Positions 27,101 to 39,275 of a stretch of DNA of 64,000 nt are shown piece after piece. The number at the start of each line of letters is the position of its first letter. The first letter of the stretch is position 1. Position numbers and translations under genes: made by a program. A model generated the notes under the pieces. It was not told the origin of the DNA and searched no databases. It was given only the letters and a program-made list of their open reading frames with translations. Source of the stretch: Marsupella aquatica (taxonomy: Eukaryota > Plantae > Marchantiophyta); NCBI GenBank assembly GCA_973895155.1, contig OZ316896.1:14129542-14193541 (forward strand), written 5' to 3'.

Positions 27101-27308
27101 GTTTCCAGGAAAGCTTTACACTCGCTGGTTAGGACCCTTTAGAGTAACCATGATGTTCCCCAATGGCTCCGTACAATTGGCCAACATTACGGGAGAGGTA
27201 TATCCAGTTCGCATCCATTATGACCGCCTCAAGAAATACTATATGGACGAAGATGAAGTTGTTCGCGAGGATGCTTCACAATTAAGTGGGGAGCTATGTG
27301 ATGCCTAG
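24042..27308 (+). CDS. pol: gypsy Pol: RT, RNase H and integrase; one in-frame stop (TGG>TGA at 25833-25835)
   Basis: RT RVCQDYRKLN, MDGYSGYNQI, MPFGLCNAP, IFIDDF; RH VDVSG..EREAL; INT HHCC (GGHF..CDPCQ), WGIDY, SDRGTHF, NGLTER. The ORF ends 12 nt inside the 3' LTR. Confidence 0.93.
24066..24112 (+). promoter_or_regulatory. putative programmed -1 ribosomal frameshift signal
   Basis: Slippery G-GAT-TTT (24066-24072) in the protease frame, a 5-nt spacer, then a perfect 10-bp stem GGCGTTGTGG (24078-24087)/CCACAACGCC (24103-24112). It lies in the overlap of the PR ORF and the -1 pol ORF. Confidence 0.7.
27284..27293 (+). promoter_or_regulatory. polypurine tract, within the integrase coding end
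   Basis: AAGTGGGGAG, 3 nt before the TG of the 3' LTR. Confidence 0.75.
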
Positions 27309-30300
27309 ACAGGAATCACTCGGCCGGTTAAGTGGGTAAAGCAGGAAGGCACCCTAGGAACACCTTAGTATAGGGACAAAACAAGGAAAATATAAACAAT
27401 TAGGGGCAACCATGGAACCCGGGCCGAGGCCGGAGGTAAGGCTGAGGGTGAAAACCCGATTAGGGTTAGGGCGCGTTAAGCGTCGGCGGCTAGGAAGGAT
27501 CAACGGGAAGAAGGACCGGCAGAGGAGAGGGGTAAGGAGCGCTTGCAGGAGATGGTGGCTCATTTGCGAGCACGAACTAGGCAGACGACTACGGGAGGTC
27601 AACTACTGTCAGTTGCTTAGGCAAGCACTTGGGGAGAGAGTAGATACCGACGATCGACCTAAGGAGGGTATGAGCAACGTCAATCAAGCGGCACATTTCT
27701 GGGGATGCCTGTTCGAACGGGCAACTGAGTACATCAAGACTTACGAGGACGAGGAGTCAGAAAGGGCAGCTTGAGAACGGCAGGAGCTCGCTTGATTGTG
27801 GGAGCTGCAAAAGACGGCTTTCTTAGGAGGCGAACTCATCAAGGACGAGTTCCTGTGGACGCCTACTTCCAATCAACTCGACGATCTTCTGTTTTGCAAA
27901 GACAGCGTCGTCGGCATCCGAGAGGCCATGAAGAACTGCAACGACATACACTGGGAATTAAAGGGTAGCACGGAAAGGTGGACCCAGGCAACAGTGCTAG
28001 GAGAAACCTCCACGGCAGCAGAGATGAAGAGGAAGGGAGCCGTCAACGATGAAGCCACCCCGGCAAAAAGAACGAGGTCGGCGGCACCAAAGAAGCCAGC
28101 CGAGCAGCAGAGCAGGAGGCAGGGAGAAGCCGAAGAGGAGGAGGTCGATCCCATCAAGGCCATTCCAACCAGGGATGACACCTGGAAGGGCTGGGCGGCA
28201 ACCCTACCGGTGGAGGTGCAACTACATTTTGCACGGGAGGAGGATGCATGCTTTACGGCCATGCAGACCAAGAAGTACCAAGGCTTCATGGCCGGATCCG
28301 GCTTGGAGGCCTTTGTAAGATTACCATGGCTGAAGCCGGAGGTACCGGAGTCAGACCTATTAGAATTCGTGGGGTCATGGGAACCCGAGACCAATTGCAC
28401 GAGGATATATGGGAAGGATTTCTATCTTACTCCCAAGGTAATTGCCGAAGTGTTTGGCCTGCCGATAGGCAATAAGACCAAAGTTGATACCAGGAAGACC
28501 TTGCCTGACAAGGAGTTCCGGTTGTTCCCCGGGCCATCAACGAAGAATGGCTTCTTCCGGAACACCTGCACCAACCCGCACATAGGAGAGATGATTGACT
28601 TCTTGCGGGTGACCATGCATTGTAACTTGCCGAGGGCAGAGATCGGCAAGGCACAGGTCTATCTGGCAGAAAGGCCAGACCCAAGCCGGGACTACAACGG
28701 GTACCTCCTCAACCAATTGAAGAAGATCTTAAAGGAGGAGCAGCAGGTAATCGGCATGGGGAGCGTGTCGCGGCTGGGCTATCACATGCCGCTGTTGTGC
28801 CGGTATGCCAGAGGTCAGACTTTTGCCCCGGTACTTCCCCTGCAGGTAAGGGCACCCGAGGAAGCTCCAACGCCGAGGCCGTTGGCTGAGAAGCCTCAAC
28901 CACCTGTTAGTCCTACGATCGAGCAGGTGTTTAGGCCCAGGAAGGAAGACTTGCCGATGCAGCAACCAGGCATGCAGAGTCTGCTGAAACTACTGGAGAA
29001 AGAAAAGAAATCGGCATCGGCAACAACAACGGCAACGGCAACAATGCAGGACACTACTACAGAGGTAGGCCTACACCGGCTCACAAGAGAAAACCCCTTT
29101 GCTGGAGACAAGGAGAGAATCAGGCCGGAATCCAAGCCAGGTGTTCGAATGTACATGGGAACCTCAAGCTCCGAATCTGAGGCAGAATTGCCTGAAGCTC
29201 CTACCGACGAAGAGGAGAGGGAGAAGCCGGACGTCCAAGAGGTAGAGGAGGCAGTGGAGGACTGCAGCCATGATAATTCCGGCTATGGGTCGGACCATCA
29301 CGTTCCAGGAGTAAGGACCTGTGGCCGGTTTGTCCCCACACTTCCAAGGGTAGTGCGAGGGGACCCCAACCAGCAGAGTAGCCCTGAGTCTCCCCCACCA
29401 GATGTTGCTCCCCCGAGCTTCGACGACATAAAATAGACGGTGCAGGAATTTCAGGAGCGAATCAAGCAGGAGGAGGAGGCCGCCCTGGCTAAGGAAAAGG
29501 ATTTACCAGGAGGAGATTGGCCGGAGGACATCAGGCGGCTATCCAAAAAAGGAAGCAAACCTCTAGCCACGATTGAAGAGATCCGCAGGACGGCTTGGGA
29601 GCAGAGGCCGCGATGGGCGATGCCGATCACTTCTACTTACTCCACCTACGCTAAGAATAGAGCCATGGAGTATGGTGAGATGTGTGGGGAACTTGCGCTC
29701 GGCATCTTTGGAGAGGAGTTGGAGGTAGGACCCTTTTTCCATAGGGAGCAGTTGGAGAAGCACCAATTAGAAGAAGCGGTGGCTTTAGAGAGAAGCAAGA
29801 AGGACGAGGTCATTCGGCGGCTTAGGAGGATGGAAGCCGAGATTGAAGATCTAAGGGCGGCCAAGAAAGCCCAAGATGAACTGCGGATTAAACGACATGA
29901 GCTGAACATCATGCAGGGGCAGTTGGACACCGCGCAGGCTGATAATCAGAATATCAAGGATAAACTGACTCAGACGCAGGAAGAGTTGGCCGACACGATC
30001 AAAGAGAGGGAGAAGTGGAAGCAAGAGCTGAAGAATACAGAGGAGGCCCACATAACAGCCAACAGCCGGGCCATGGCGGAGACCCAAAGAAAGGAATGGG
30101 CGTTGAAAGGGGAGCTTGAGAAAATCCGCGGAGCCCTTGAGCAGAAGGAGGCCGAGTTAGGGAAATCCTATCAAGGGATTATGGCGCTGCAGCAGGAGCT
30201 TGCGTCCCTGACGGCCAGCTTCAAGGCCGACCTAAGGGAGAAGGACGAGATGCTCGAACAGACTTACGCCAAGATGAACCAGATGGAGTCTATCATCATT

Positions 30301-31965
30301 GCAGAGCTCGACAAGGAGCTAAAAGCAACCCAGGAGGAGAGGACTACCTTGAAACAAGAACGGGAGGAAGCCCAGAAGGAACTAGAGGAGGCATGCAAGG
30401 ACCTGGATGAGACCCAGGAGGAGTTGGAGGAAATCACGAGGAAGATGGAGAACCTCCAGCGGCGGGCCGACAACCAAACGGAGCGGCTGAAGAAACAAGC
30501 CGCAGTATTTAGGTGCTTGTCTTCATCAGGCCCAACTCCAATTGGGGCAACCAAGTTACCAGGAGTGGTACTGGCCGAAGAAAAAGCCGCGCCAAGTGCA
30601 CCAGTGCCGGAGGTAAGTGGGAAGGGGAAGGGACCAGCTGCCGAACCAGAAAAGAAGAAAAAGCGGAAACCTTCAGGGTCAAGGAGTAATCCGACTCCAC
30701 AAGCCGTGGTGACCAAAGAGGTAGAACCAGCACCATCCTCCGACATGAATACGGCAATAGATCCCGCTATGATCACAGGTAGGGATGGTGCGGCCCAAGC
30801 CGAACTACTCAGTAAGGAGGCCAGTATTCCAGATCCGCCTCTTGAGCAGGCCGGGGAAACCGTAGCCAAGGCTGAGGCCGTAACTGATTCTCGAGCCGAT
30901 GCCGACGCCGATGGTGGACCCAGTCAGGCCGATGGAGAGTTGACTCAGTCAAGGGCAGGTAATCTGTCAGGGAATGAGCCTACGGCAGTGGCTGAGGAGG
31001 AAGCGTTGGGGGCGTCCATTAAGGATCCACCACCGGTGTCGTGACGGTGCAAGGGCGCCGTTCCTTTTAGGGAGGGCGGACGTGGAGGGAGGAGGCGTGA
31101 GTGGGCAGGGCGGGCGCGGATCTCCACGTTTAGGATTAGGATCAGAACCAGGAGCGGCCCTGACACTTAGCTTAGTGGGATTGCGGTCCCACTGGTAGGA
31201 GCAACACTTGTGCTCCTGCCTTGCTGTACATAGGTAGATTCGGGCAAGTAGATTACTGTTAAGTAGATTAGGCTTACGATGCAAAGAATGGCGGATCCAC
31301 TACCAGGATAAGTACCTGGGCAGCGGGGAGCTCAGGGCCTCTTCTTTAGCAAGTTTTTAGTTTGCACCAGCCGGGCTGGGATCAAGTAGTACGAGAAGCT
31401 CTCGGTTAGTCATACAGTGACCCTTGTGTATATTCATGTTTCCTCATGCCTAAGAGCTGAATAGAGTTGGCCTCACGGCTTAGTTCGCAGAACTTGTGTA
31501 TGAGATGTACTGTTTGTATGGCAAGTGCATGGTATGACTCAGTCAGAATGAGTCATTTTGCTATTTGTGTGTCGCATTAACTTGTGTGAAGAGTGCCCAC
31601 ATCAACAGAAGGAAGGAAAGTAAGCAGGGGAGTGAGAGTTGGATGTGTCGAGCTAAGAGAGGTCTTAGCGGCTTAACCAAGCCTATTGGGGATCATTCCG
31701 GCGGCGGAATCCAAACATACCTAACAAGACGGAGGGGAAGACAGGGGAAGACAGGGGAAGGTCTATATTAGGCCGGCTACGTATCTCATGACCCGATGAA
31801 GGATCTGTCCAGTATATGTGTGTAAAATGTTAATAGTAGTAGTAGAAGGTTAGCAGCGTCCCATGCCGCTAAGCCGCGGAAACGGCCTCGCCAAGCACGA
31901 AACCTGCGGGAATCGGCTTGAGCTGGGGGGTTTCTTGGGTTTAGGGAGCCATGGGACGCACCACA
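27297..31965 (+). repeat. family A 3' LTR (4669 bp)
   Basis: TGTGATGCC...GCACCACA, followed by TSD TCCTC. Confidence 0.95.
27412..31044 (+). pseudogene. LTR-encoded accessory ORF, 3'-LTR copy: 1210 codons from ATG 27412, or 1124 aa from ATG 27670; two nonsense changes
   Basis: ORFs 27412-27774, 27796-29436 and 29440-31044 share one frame. Stops at 27772 (CGA>TGA) and 29434 (CAG>TAG) are sense in the 5' LTR. Contains a globular domain LPW..LLEFVGSW..TRIYGKDFYLTPKVIAEVFGLP, a long heptad coiled coil and KKKKRK. Confidence 0.88.
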
Positions 31966-32751
31966 TCCTCCCATGGTTAACATTGAGGGCAGCACCAGAT
32001 GATGAAGGCTGTGACATGATGTGCATTTTATGCTGAAGATCATCACTAAGCAAATAACTTACCACGTCATTGTATGAAATGGTATCCCTATCACAATGCA
32101 ACGACACCCGTGATAGGGACTGGTAAGATGGAGGCAATGAACTGAGAAGCTACAGAGCCTTCGTCTCATTATTCAAAGTCTTCCCAAGGTTTTCCAAGTC
32201 AACGACCATGTCGTTGAAAGCATCCACATGGTCCTGCAACTTTGTATCTGATTCCTTCATCCTAAAACTCATCAGTTTGTAGGAAGTATAGAGCCGGTTT
32301 GACAACTCTTTGCGGTGATACTTGCTTTGCAATTCCGCAAACAAGGACATGCAATCCTTATGTGCACCCAATTGCTTGATGATGGGAGGCATGAGATAGA
32401 GTGTAACACACCATACTCCCTGCTCCTACATGCGGTCCCATTATTTCTCATCAACATCGTCTTCACGAGGGCTCAACAGTTGGCCCATCCCTGATGCATA
32501 GAGCACTCCCTTCACCTGCTTCTCCCATAGCAAGTAGTCGGAGCGCCCATCATACTTTGTCATTTCATACTTGGGTTCTCCAAGCTTGAACATCCCCATA
32601 TTTTTCTTTGGCACTACCGTGAGCTCTGGTAGTAGAACTGCTTCCTCCACCACATGCCGCACCGGTGATGATACCGGTGTCACGTGCTCTTCCTCTTGCT
32701 CCTCTCTCTCCACCTCAAATTTCTGCGGTGATCCTCGTGCTTCAAGTTCCA

Positions 32752-35700
32752 TGTGATGCCTAGACAGGAATCACTCGGCCAGTTAAGTGGGTAAAGCAGC
32801 AAGGCACCCTAGAAACACCTTAGTATAGGGACAAAACAAGAAAAATATAAACAATTAGGGGCGACCATGGAACCCGGGCCGAGGCCGGAGGTAAGGACGC
32901 TGGGGGTGAAAACTCGATTAGGGCTAGGGCGCGTTAAGCATCGGCGGCTAGGAAGGATCAACGGGAGGAAGGACCTGAAGAGGAGAGGGGTAAGGAGCGC
33001 TTGCAGGAGATGGTGGCTCATTTGCGAGCACGAACTAGGCAGACGCCTACGGGAGGCCAACTACTGTCAGCTGCTTAGGCAAGCACTCGGGGAGAGAGTA
33101 GATACCGACGATCGACCTAAGGAGGACCGTATGAGCAACGTCAATCAAGCGGCACATTTCTAGGGATGCCTGTTCGAACGGGCAACTGAGTACATCAAGA
33201 CTTACGAGGACGAGGAATCAGAAAGGGCAGCTCGAGAACAGCAGGAGCTCGCTCGATTGTGGGAGCTGCAGAAGACGGCTTTCTTAGGAGGCGAACTCAT
33301 CAAGGACGAGTTCTTGTGGACTCCTACTTCCAATCAACTCGACGATCTTCTGTTTTGCAAAGACAGCGTCGTCGGCATCCGAGAGGCCATCAAGAACTGC
33401 AAGGACATACATTGGGAATTAAAGGGTAGCACGGAAAGGTGGACCCAAGCAACGGTGCTAGGAGAAACCTCCACGGCAGCAGAGATGAAGAGGAAGGGAG
33501 CCGTCAACGATGAAGCCACCCCGACAAAAAGAACGAGGTCGGCGGCACCAAAGAAGCCAGCCGAGCAGCAGAGCAGGAGGCAGGGAGAAGCCGAAGAGGA
33601 GGAGGTCGATCCCATCAAGGCCATTCCAACCAGGGATGACACCTGGAAGGGCTGGGCGGCAACCCTACCGGTGGAGGTGCAACTACATTTTGCACGGGAG
33701 GAGGATGCATGCTTTACGGCCATGCAGACAAACAGATCCGTAACTTCGGGAAAAGGATTGGCTCTGAGGGCTGGGCCTAGGGGTCTGCGGCTTGACCCTG
33801 TAGGCTGTCGGCGGTCTGCCCGAGCTGCTCGCGCGGCGAGGGCGGACCACCGCGCCAAGAAGTACCAAGGCTTCATGGCCGGATCCGGCTTAGAGGCCTT
33901 TGTAAGATTACCATGGTTGAAGCTGGAGGTACCGGAGTCAGACCTATTAGAATTCGTGGGGTCATGGGAACCCGAGACCAATTGCACGAGGATATATGGG
34001 AAGGATTTCTATCTTACTCCCAAAGTGATTGCCGAAGTGTTTGGCTTGCCGATAGGCAATAAGACCAAAGTTGATACCAGGAAGACCTTGCCTGACAAGG
34101 AGTTCCGGTCGTTCCCCGGGCCATCAACGAAGAATGGCTTCTTCCGAAACACCTGCACCAACCCGCACATAGGAGAGAGGATCAACTTCTTGCGGGTGAC
34201 CATGCATTGTAACTTGCCGAGGGCAGAGATCGGCAAAGCACAGGTTTATCTGGCAGAGAGGCCAGACCCAAGCCGGGACTACAACGGGTACCTCCTCAAC
34301 CAATTGAAGAAGATCTTAAAGGAGGAGCAGCAGGTAATCGGCATGGGGAGCGTGTCGCGGCTTGGCTATCACATGCCGCTGTTGTGCCGGTATGCCAGAG
34401 GTCAGACTTTTGCCCCAGTACTTCCCCTGCAGGTAAGGGCACCCGAGGAAGCTCCAACGCCGAGGCCATTAGCAGAGAAGCCTCAACCACCTGTTAGCCC
34501 TACGATCGAGCAGGTGTTTAGGCCAAGGACGGAGGACTTGCCGATGCAGCAACCAGGCATGCAGAGTCTGCTGAAACTACTGGAGAAAGAAAAGAGATTG
34601 GCATCGGCAACGACAACGGCAACGGCAACATGCAGGACACTACTCCAGAGGTAGGCCTACACCGGCTCACAAGAGAAAACCCCTTTGCTGGAGACAAGGA
34701 GAGAATCAGGCCGGAATCCAAGCCAGGTGTTCGAATGTATGTGGGAGTCTCAAGCTCTGAATCTGAGGCAGAATTGCCTGAAGCTCCTACCGACGAAGAG
34801 GAGAGGGAGAAGCTGGACGTCCAAGAAGTACAGGAGGCAGTGGAGGACTGCAGCCATGATAATTCCGGCTATGGGTCGGACCATCACATTCCAGGAGTAA
34901 GGACCTGTGGCCGGTTTGTCCCCACGCTTCCAAGGGTAGTACGAGGGGACCCCAACCAGCAGAGTAGCCCTGAGTCTCCCCCACCAGATGTTGCTCCCCC
35001 GAGCTTTGACGGCATAAAACAGACGGCGCAGGAATTTCAGGAGTGAATCAGGCAGGAAGAGGAGGCAACCCTGGCTAGGGAAAAGGATTTACCAGGAGGA
35101 GATTGGCCGGAGGACATCAGGCGGCTAGCCCAAAAAGGAAGCAAAGCTCTAGCCACGATTGAAGAGATCCGCAAGACGGCTTGGGAGCAGAGGCCGCGAT
35201 GGGCGATGCCGATCACTCCTACTTACTCCACCTACGCTAAGAATAGAGCCATGGAGTATGGTGAGATGTGTGGGGAACTTGCGCTCGGCATCTTTGGAGA
35301 GGAGTTGGAGGTAGGACCCTTTTTCCATAGGGAGCAGTTGGAGAAGCACCAATTAGAAGAAGCGGTGGCTTTAGAGAGAAGCAAGAAGGACGAGGTCATT
35401 CGGCGGCTTAGGAGGATGGAAGCCGAGATTGAAGACCTAAGGGCGGCCAAGAAAGCCCAAGATGAACTGCGGATTAAACGGCATGAGCTGAACATCATGC
35501 AGGGGCAGTTGGACACCGCGCAGGCTGATAATCGGAATATCAAGGATAAACTGACTCAGACGCAGGGAGAGTTGGCCGATACGATCAAAGAGAGGGAGAA
35601 GTGGAAGCGAGAGCTGAAGAATACAGAGGAGGCCCACATAACAGCCAACAGCCGGGCCATGGCGGAGACCCAAAGAAAGGAATGGGCGTTGAAGGGGGAG

Positions 35701-37559
35701 CTCCAGAAAATCCGCGGAGCCCTAGAGCAGAAGGAGGTCGAGTTAGGGAAATCCTATCAAGGGATTATGGCGCTGCAGCAGGAGCTTGCGTCCCTGAAGG
35801 CCAGCTTCAAGGCCGACCTAAGGGAGAAGGACGAGATGCTCGATCAGACTTACGCCAAGATGAACCAGATGGAGTCTGTCATCATTGCAGAGCTCGACAA
35901 GGAGCTAAGAGCAACCCGGGAGGAGAGGACTACCTTGAAAAAAGAACGGGAGGAAGCCCAGAAGGAACTAGAGGAGGCGCGCAAGGACCTGGATGAGACC
36001 CAGGAGGAGTTGGAGGAAATCACGAGGAAGATGGAGAACCTCTAGCGGCGGGCAGACAACCAAACAGAGCGGCTGAAGAAACAAGCCGCAGTATTTAAGT
36101 GCTTGTCTTCATCAGGCCCAACTCCAATTGGGGCAACCAAGTTACCAGGAGTGGTACTGGCCGAAGAAAAAGCCGCGCCACCTGCACCAGTGCCGGAAGT
36201 AAGTGGGAAGGGGAAGGGACCAGCTGCCGAACCAGAAAAGAAGAAGAAACAGAAACCTTCAGGGTCAAGGAGTAATCCGACTCCACAAGCCGTGGTGACC
36301 AAAGAGGTAGACCCAGCACCAACCTCCGGCATGAATACGGCAATAGATTCCGCTATCATCAAGGGTGGGGATGGTGCGGCCCAAGCCGAACTACTCAGTA
36401 ATGAGGCCGGTATCCCAGATCCGCCTCTTGAGCAGGCCGGGGAGACCGTAGTCGAGGCTGAGGCCGTAACCGATTCCCGAGCCAGTGCCGACGCCGATGG
36501 TGGACCCAGTCAGGCCGATGGAGAGTTGACTCAGTCAAGGGCAGGTAATCTGTCAGAGAACGAACCTACGGCAGTGGCTGAGGAGGAAGCGTTGGGGGCG
36601 TCCATTAAGGATCCACCACCGGTGTCGTGACGGTGCAAGGGCGCCGTTCCTTTTAGGAAGGGCGGACGTGGAGGGAGGAGGCATGAGTGGGCAGGGCGGG
36701 CGCTGATCTCCAAGTTTAGGATTAGGATTAGGATTAGGATCAGGCCCAGGAGCGGCCCTGACACTTAGCTTAGTGGGATTGCGGTTCCACTGGTAGGAGC
36801 AACACTTGTGCTCCTGCCTTGCTGTACATAGGTAGATCCGGGCAAGTAGATTACTGTTAGGTAGATTAGGCTTACGCTGCAAAGAATTAGGCGGATCCAC
36901 TACCAGGATAAGTACCTGGGCAGCGGGGAGCTCAGGGCCTCTTCTTTAGCAAGTTTTTAGTTTGCACCAGCCGGGCTGGGATCAAGTAGTAAGGGAAGCT
37001 CTCGGTTAGTCATACAGTGACCCTTGTGTATATTCATGTTTCGTCATGCCTAAGAGCTGAATAGAGTTGGCCTCACGGCTTAGTTCGCAGAGCTTGTGTA
37101 TGAGATGTACTGTTTGTATGGCAAGTGCATGGTATGACTCAGTCAGAAGGAGTCATTTTGCTATTTGTGTGTCGCATTAACTTGTGTGAAGAGTGCCCAC
37201 ATCAACTAACAGAAGGAAGGAAAGTAAGCAGGGGAGTGAGAGTTGGATGTGTCGAGCTGAGAGAGGTCTTAGCGGCTTAACCAAGCCTATTGGGGATCAT
37301 TCCGGCGGCGGAATCCAAACATACCTAACAAGACGGAGGGGAAGACGAGGGAAGGCCTAGATTAGGCCGGCTACGTATCTCATGACCCGATGAAGGATCT
37401 GTCCAGTATATGTGTGTAAAATGTTAATAGTAGTAGTAGAAGGTTAGCAGCGTCCCATGCCGCTAAGCCGCGGAAACGGCCTCGCCAAGCGCGAAACCTG
37501 TGGGAATCGGCTTGAGCTGGGGGGTATCTTGGGTTTAGGGAGCCATGGGACGCACCACA
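32752..37559 (+). mobile_element. family A solo LTR (4808 bp) carrying a degenerate LTR ORF (32867-36630)
   Basis: TG..CA termini, TSD TTCCA (32747-32751 and 37560-37564), no PBS or PPT adjacent. Confidence 0.95.
33730..33855 (+). pseudogene. 126-bp 25S/26S rRNA fragment captured in frame in the LTR ORF
   Basis: GATCCGTAACTTCGGGAAAAGGATTGGCTCTGAGGGCTGGGC is the conserved plant LSU rRNA segment; it is absent from the other five family A LTR copies. Confidence 0.9.
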
Positions 37560-39275
37560 TTCCACGTCTTCAAAAATCTCCTCCAAATCACTCATATGAG
37601 AAAATCACGAAAAAATGTCATTTTTCACAACTTCTCAAAAAACTCCCAAAAAAACTCAAAACAAAATACCATCGCGTAGCCCACGAAGCTAGGGGTCCAA
37701 CACTGAAAATCAAAATCAAAAATCGAAGGAGAATTTATACAAATTTTGGTCGGGGTGGGTAAAACCTTGGGAAACTCCCCCGTTTTGGCCACCTCAGGAA
37801 ATAACCAAAATGCCAAGTACAACCCATCGTCAAATCGCAATTGATCGGTGCGCCGCATTGCTAACTTCAATGGCTACGACCTCGCCAAGAAAGAACCAAA
37901 AATGTTACCCTTTGTGGCGTGGAATCTTTGTTGAATGGCCAAAAAACAGCTCTCTATTTTTTGGGAATATTCCCGCATAGTCAAACAAATCTCACAGGGG
38001 GCCGTTCCCCCTGTCCAAGCGGTTAAATATGGGGTCACTGAGATCGGGAGAACCAATAGAAAAGCCGAGAGGAAAAAACAAAAAATTGGGCACTTAAAAA
38101 GGGGGGTTTAAGCCCCTTTGAGAAAAAATACCTTGTATGAGGGCCGGGTGTACGCCGAGTGAGGTACTGGGCCAAGCACGGGGGAGTACGGGCAGGGCGA
38201 GTACATAGGCAGCTGCATACGCAGCCACGTACTTTTGCCGGGCCAGGCCGGTTACAAGGGAGGGGACGCGGTGGGGCAGTCGTCACGGCTGCGAAGGGCG
38301 TAGGGACGGGGCTGCAAGCCATGGCTTGCAAGCTCCGACGGGAGGCAAAGGGCAAAGGGCCGGCGGGGGCGGGTCCGGGTGGTTACAACCCGCGGGCTGT
38401 GGGTTTGGCGCCGGCTGGCGTTGCGTGAAGGATCGCGGCCGCTACTACGGCAGCGTACACGAAAGTATGGGGAGCACAAAAGGGATATCGGGGCTGGGCG
38501 GGCGTGATCGTGTGTATGTACACACGTTTCTGTGTGTATAAACACACAAAATGCCCACTAACCCCCCTTAAACAAAAAATTTGACCCTAAGGAAACTTTT
38601 GGCCGATTACATACCTTAAACGTCGTTGCTTTATAGGAGAGAAATGACAACAACCGACGGAGAAAAGTTGTCAAATTGAACCGGGGTCGTTTGCATGCAC
38701 AATAGAGGAAAAACCTTCTATCGCAACTCACTCTCTCCGCGTCAAGTGCCAATCCCGGACTCAAAATAACCACTGCGCCGCGATCTCTCCGTTGAGCCCC
38801 AGAATTTTGCGTTTCTTTCTTCAAGTCGGACGTCACGATGAGAAACTCAGTTCAGATGGGAACAAGCTCCATAGCCTGTGAAAAAATCTGAATGCCTCCT
38901 TCACTCGTCACGACACACTCGGTACCCACTCGGTAGCAAATCAATTACCGAAACGATCAGCTCGCTTCAACCTCCAACTTGAGCTATAACATGCAACGCC
39001 TCCCGCACCGCACAACTCACACCATTGGAAACTTGAACTATGGTCTCTCCCTCGAAAAACCGTCGAACACAAAAAACCTTCAGAACGACGCAAACTCTGA
39101 TTCCTCCGCACCATGGATACCAACCAATGAGTTCTATATACCAATAGAAAGCCCTCTCACTAATCTATCCGCTTAGCCACACACATTTGAGTTTCATGCG
39201 ATGAAACTCTGAATGCAACATCAACACTGAACGCTAGAAAACCGTCACAAAAAAACCTCATCACCTCCCAAACAT

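Larger units (their letters stand above)
14515..31965 (+). mobile_element. full-length Ty3/gypsy non-chromovirus (Athila/Phygy-like) LTR retrotransposon with giant ORF-carrying LTRs (family A)
   Basis: TGTGATGCC...CACCACA LTRs, TSD TCCTC at 14510-14514 and 31966-31970, PBS, PPT, gag-PR-RT-RH-INT order. Athila-like motifs WVSPIVIVPKK, ATLKDHFPLPF and DDQFPDEELF; no chromodomain or second RNase H seen. Confidence 0.95.
31971..37595 (-). pseudogene. copia gag N-terminus, interrupted by the solo LTR at 32752-37559
   Basis: ATG at 37595 (MSDLEEIFEDVE) continues as LEARGSPQ...KYDGRSDYLLWEKQVKGVL...LMSFRMKE...LPPSYQ after removing the insert; UBN2-type copia gag. Confidence 0.85.

Noticed and set aside
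27412-31044. Calling the LTR ORF an envelope protein
   Set aside because: No signal peptide or transmembrane stretch is visible; the protein is highly charged and has an NLS-like patch.
33730-33855. Functional rRNA gene
   Set aside because: Only 126 bp, embedded in an LTR.
14515-37559. Segmental/tandem duplication of a host coiled-coil (SMC/myosin-like) gene
   Set aside because: Every copy is bounded by TG..CA ends with its own 5-bp TSD, or by a PBS/PPT, so these are LTRs.
27297-37559. Tandem three-LTR element (LTR-internal-LTR-LTR)
   Set aside because: The 786 bp between the LTRs is copia gag and each insertion has a separate TSD (TCCTC versus TTCCA).
38090-38590. Inverted repeat AAGGGGGGTT / AACCCCCCTT in the copia leader as a separate insertion
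   Set aside because: Short, low complexity and without a TSD; treated as part of the 1.7-kb copia 5' UTR.
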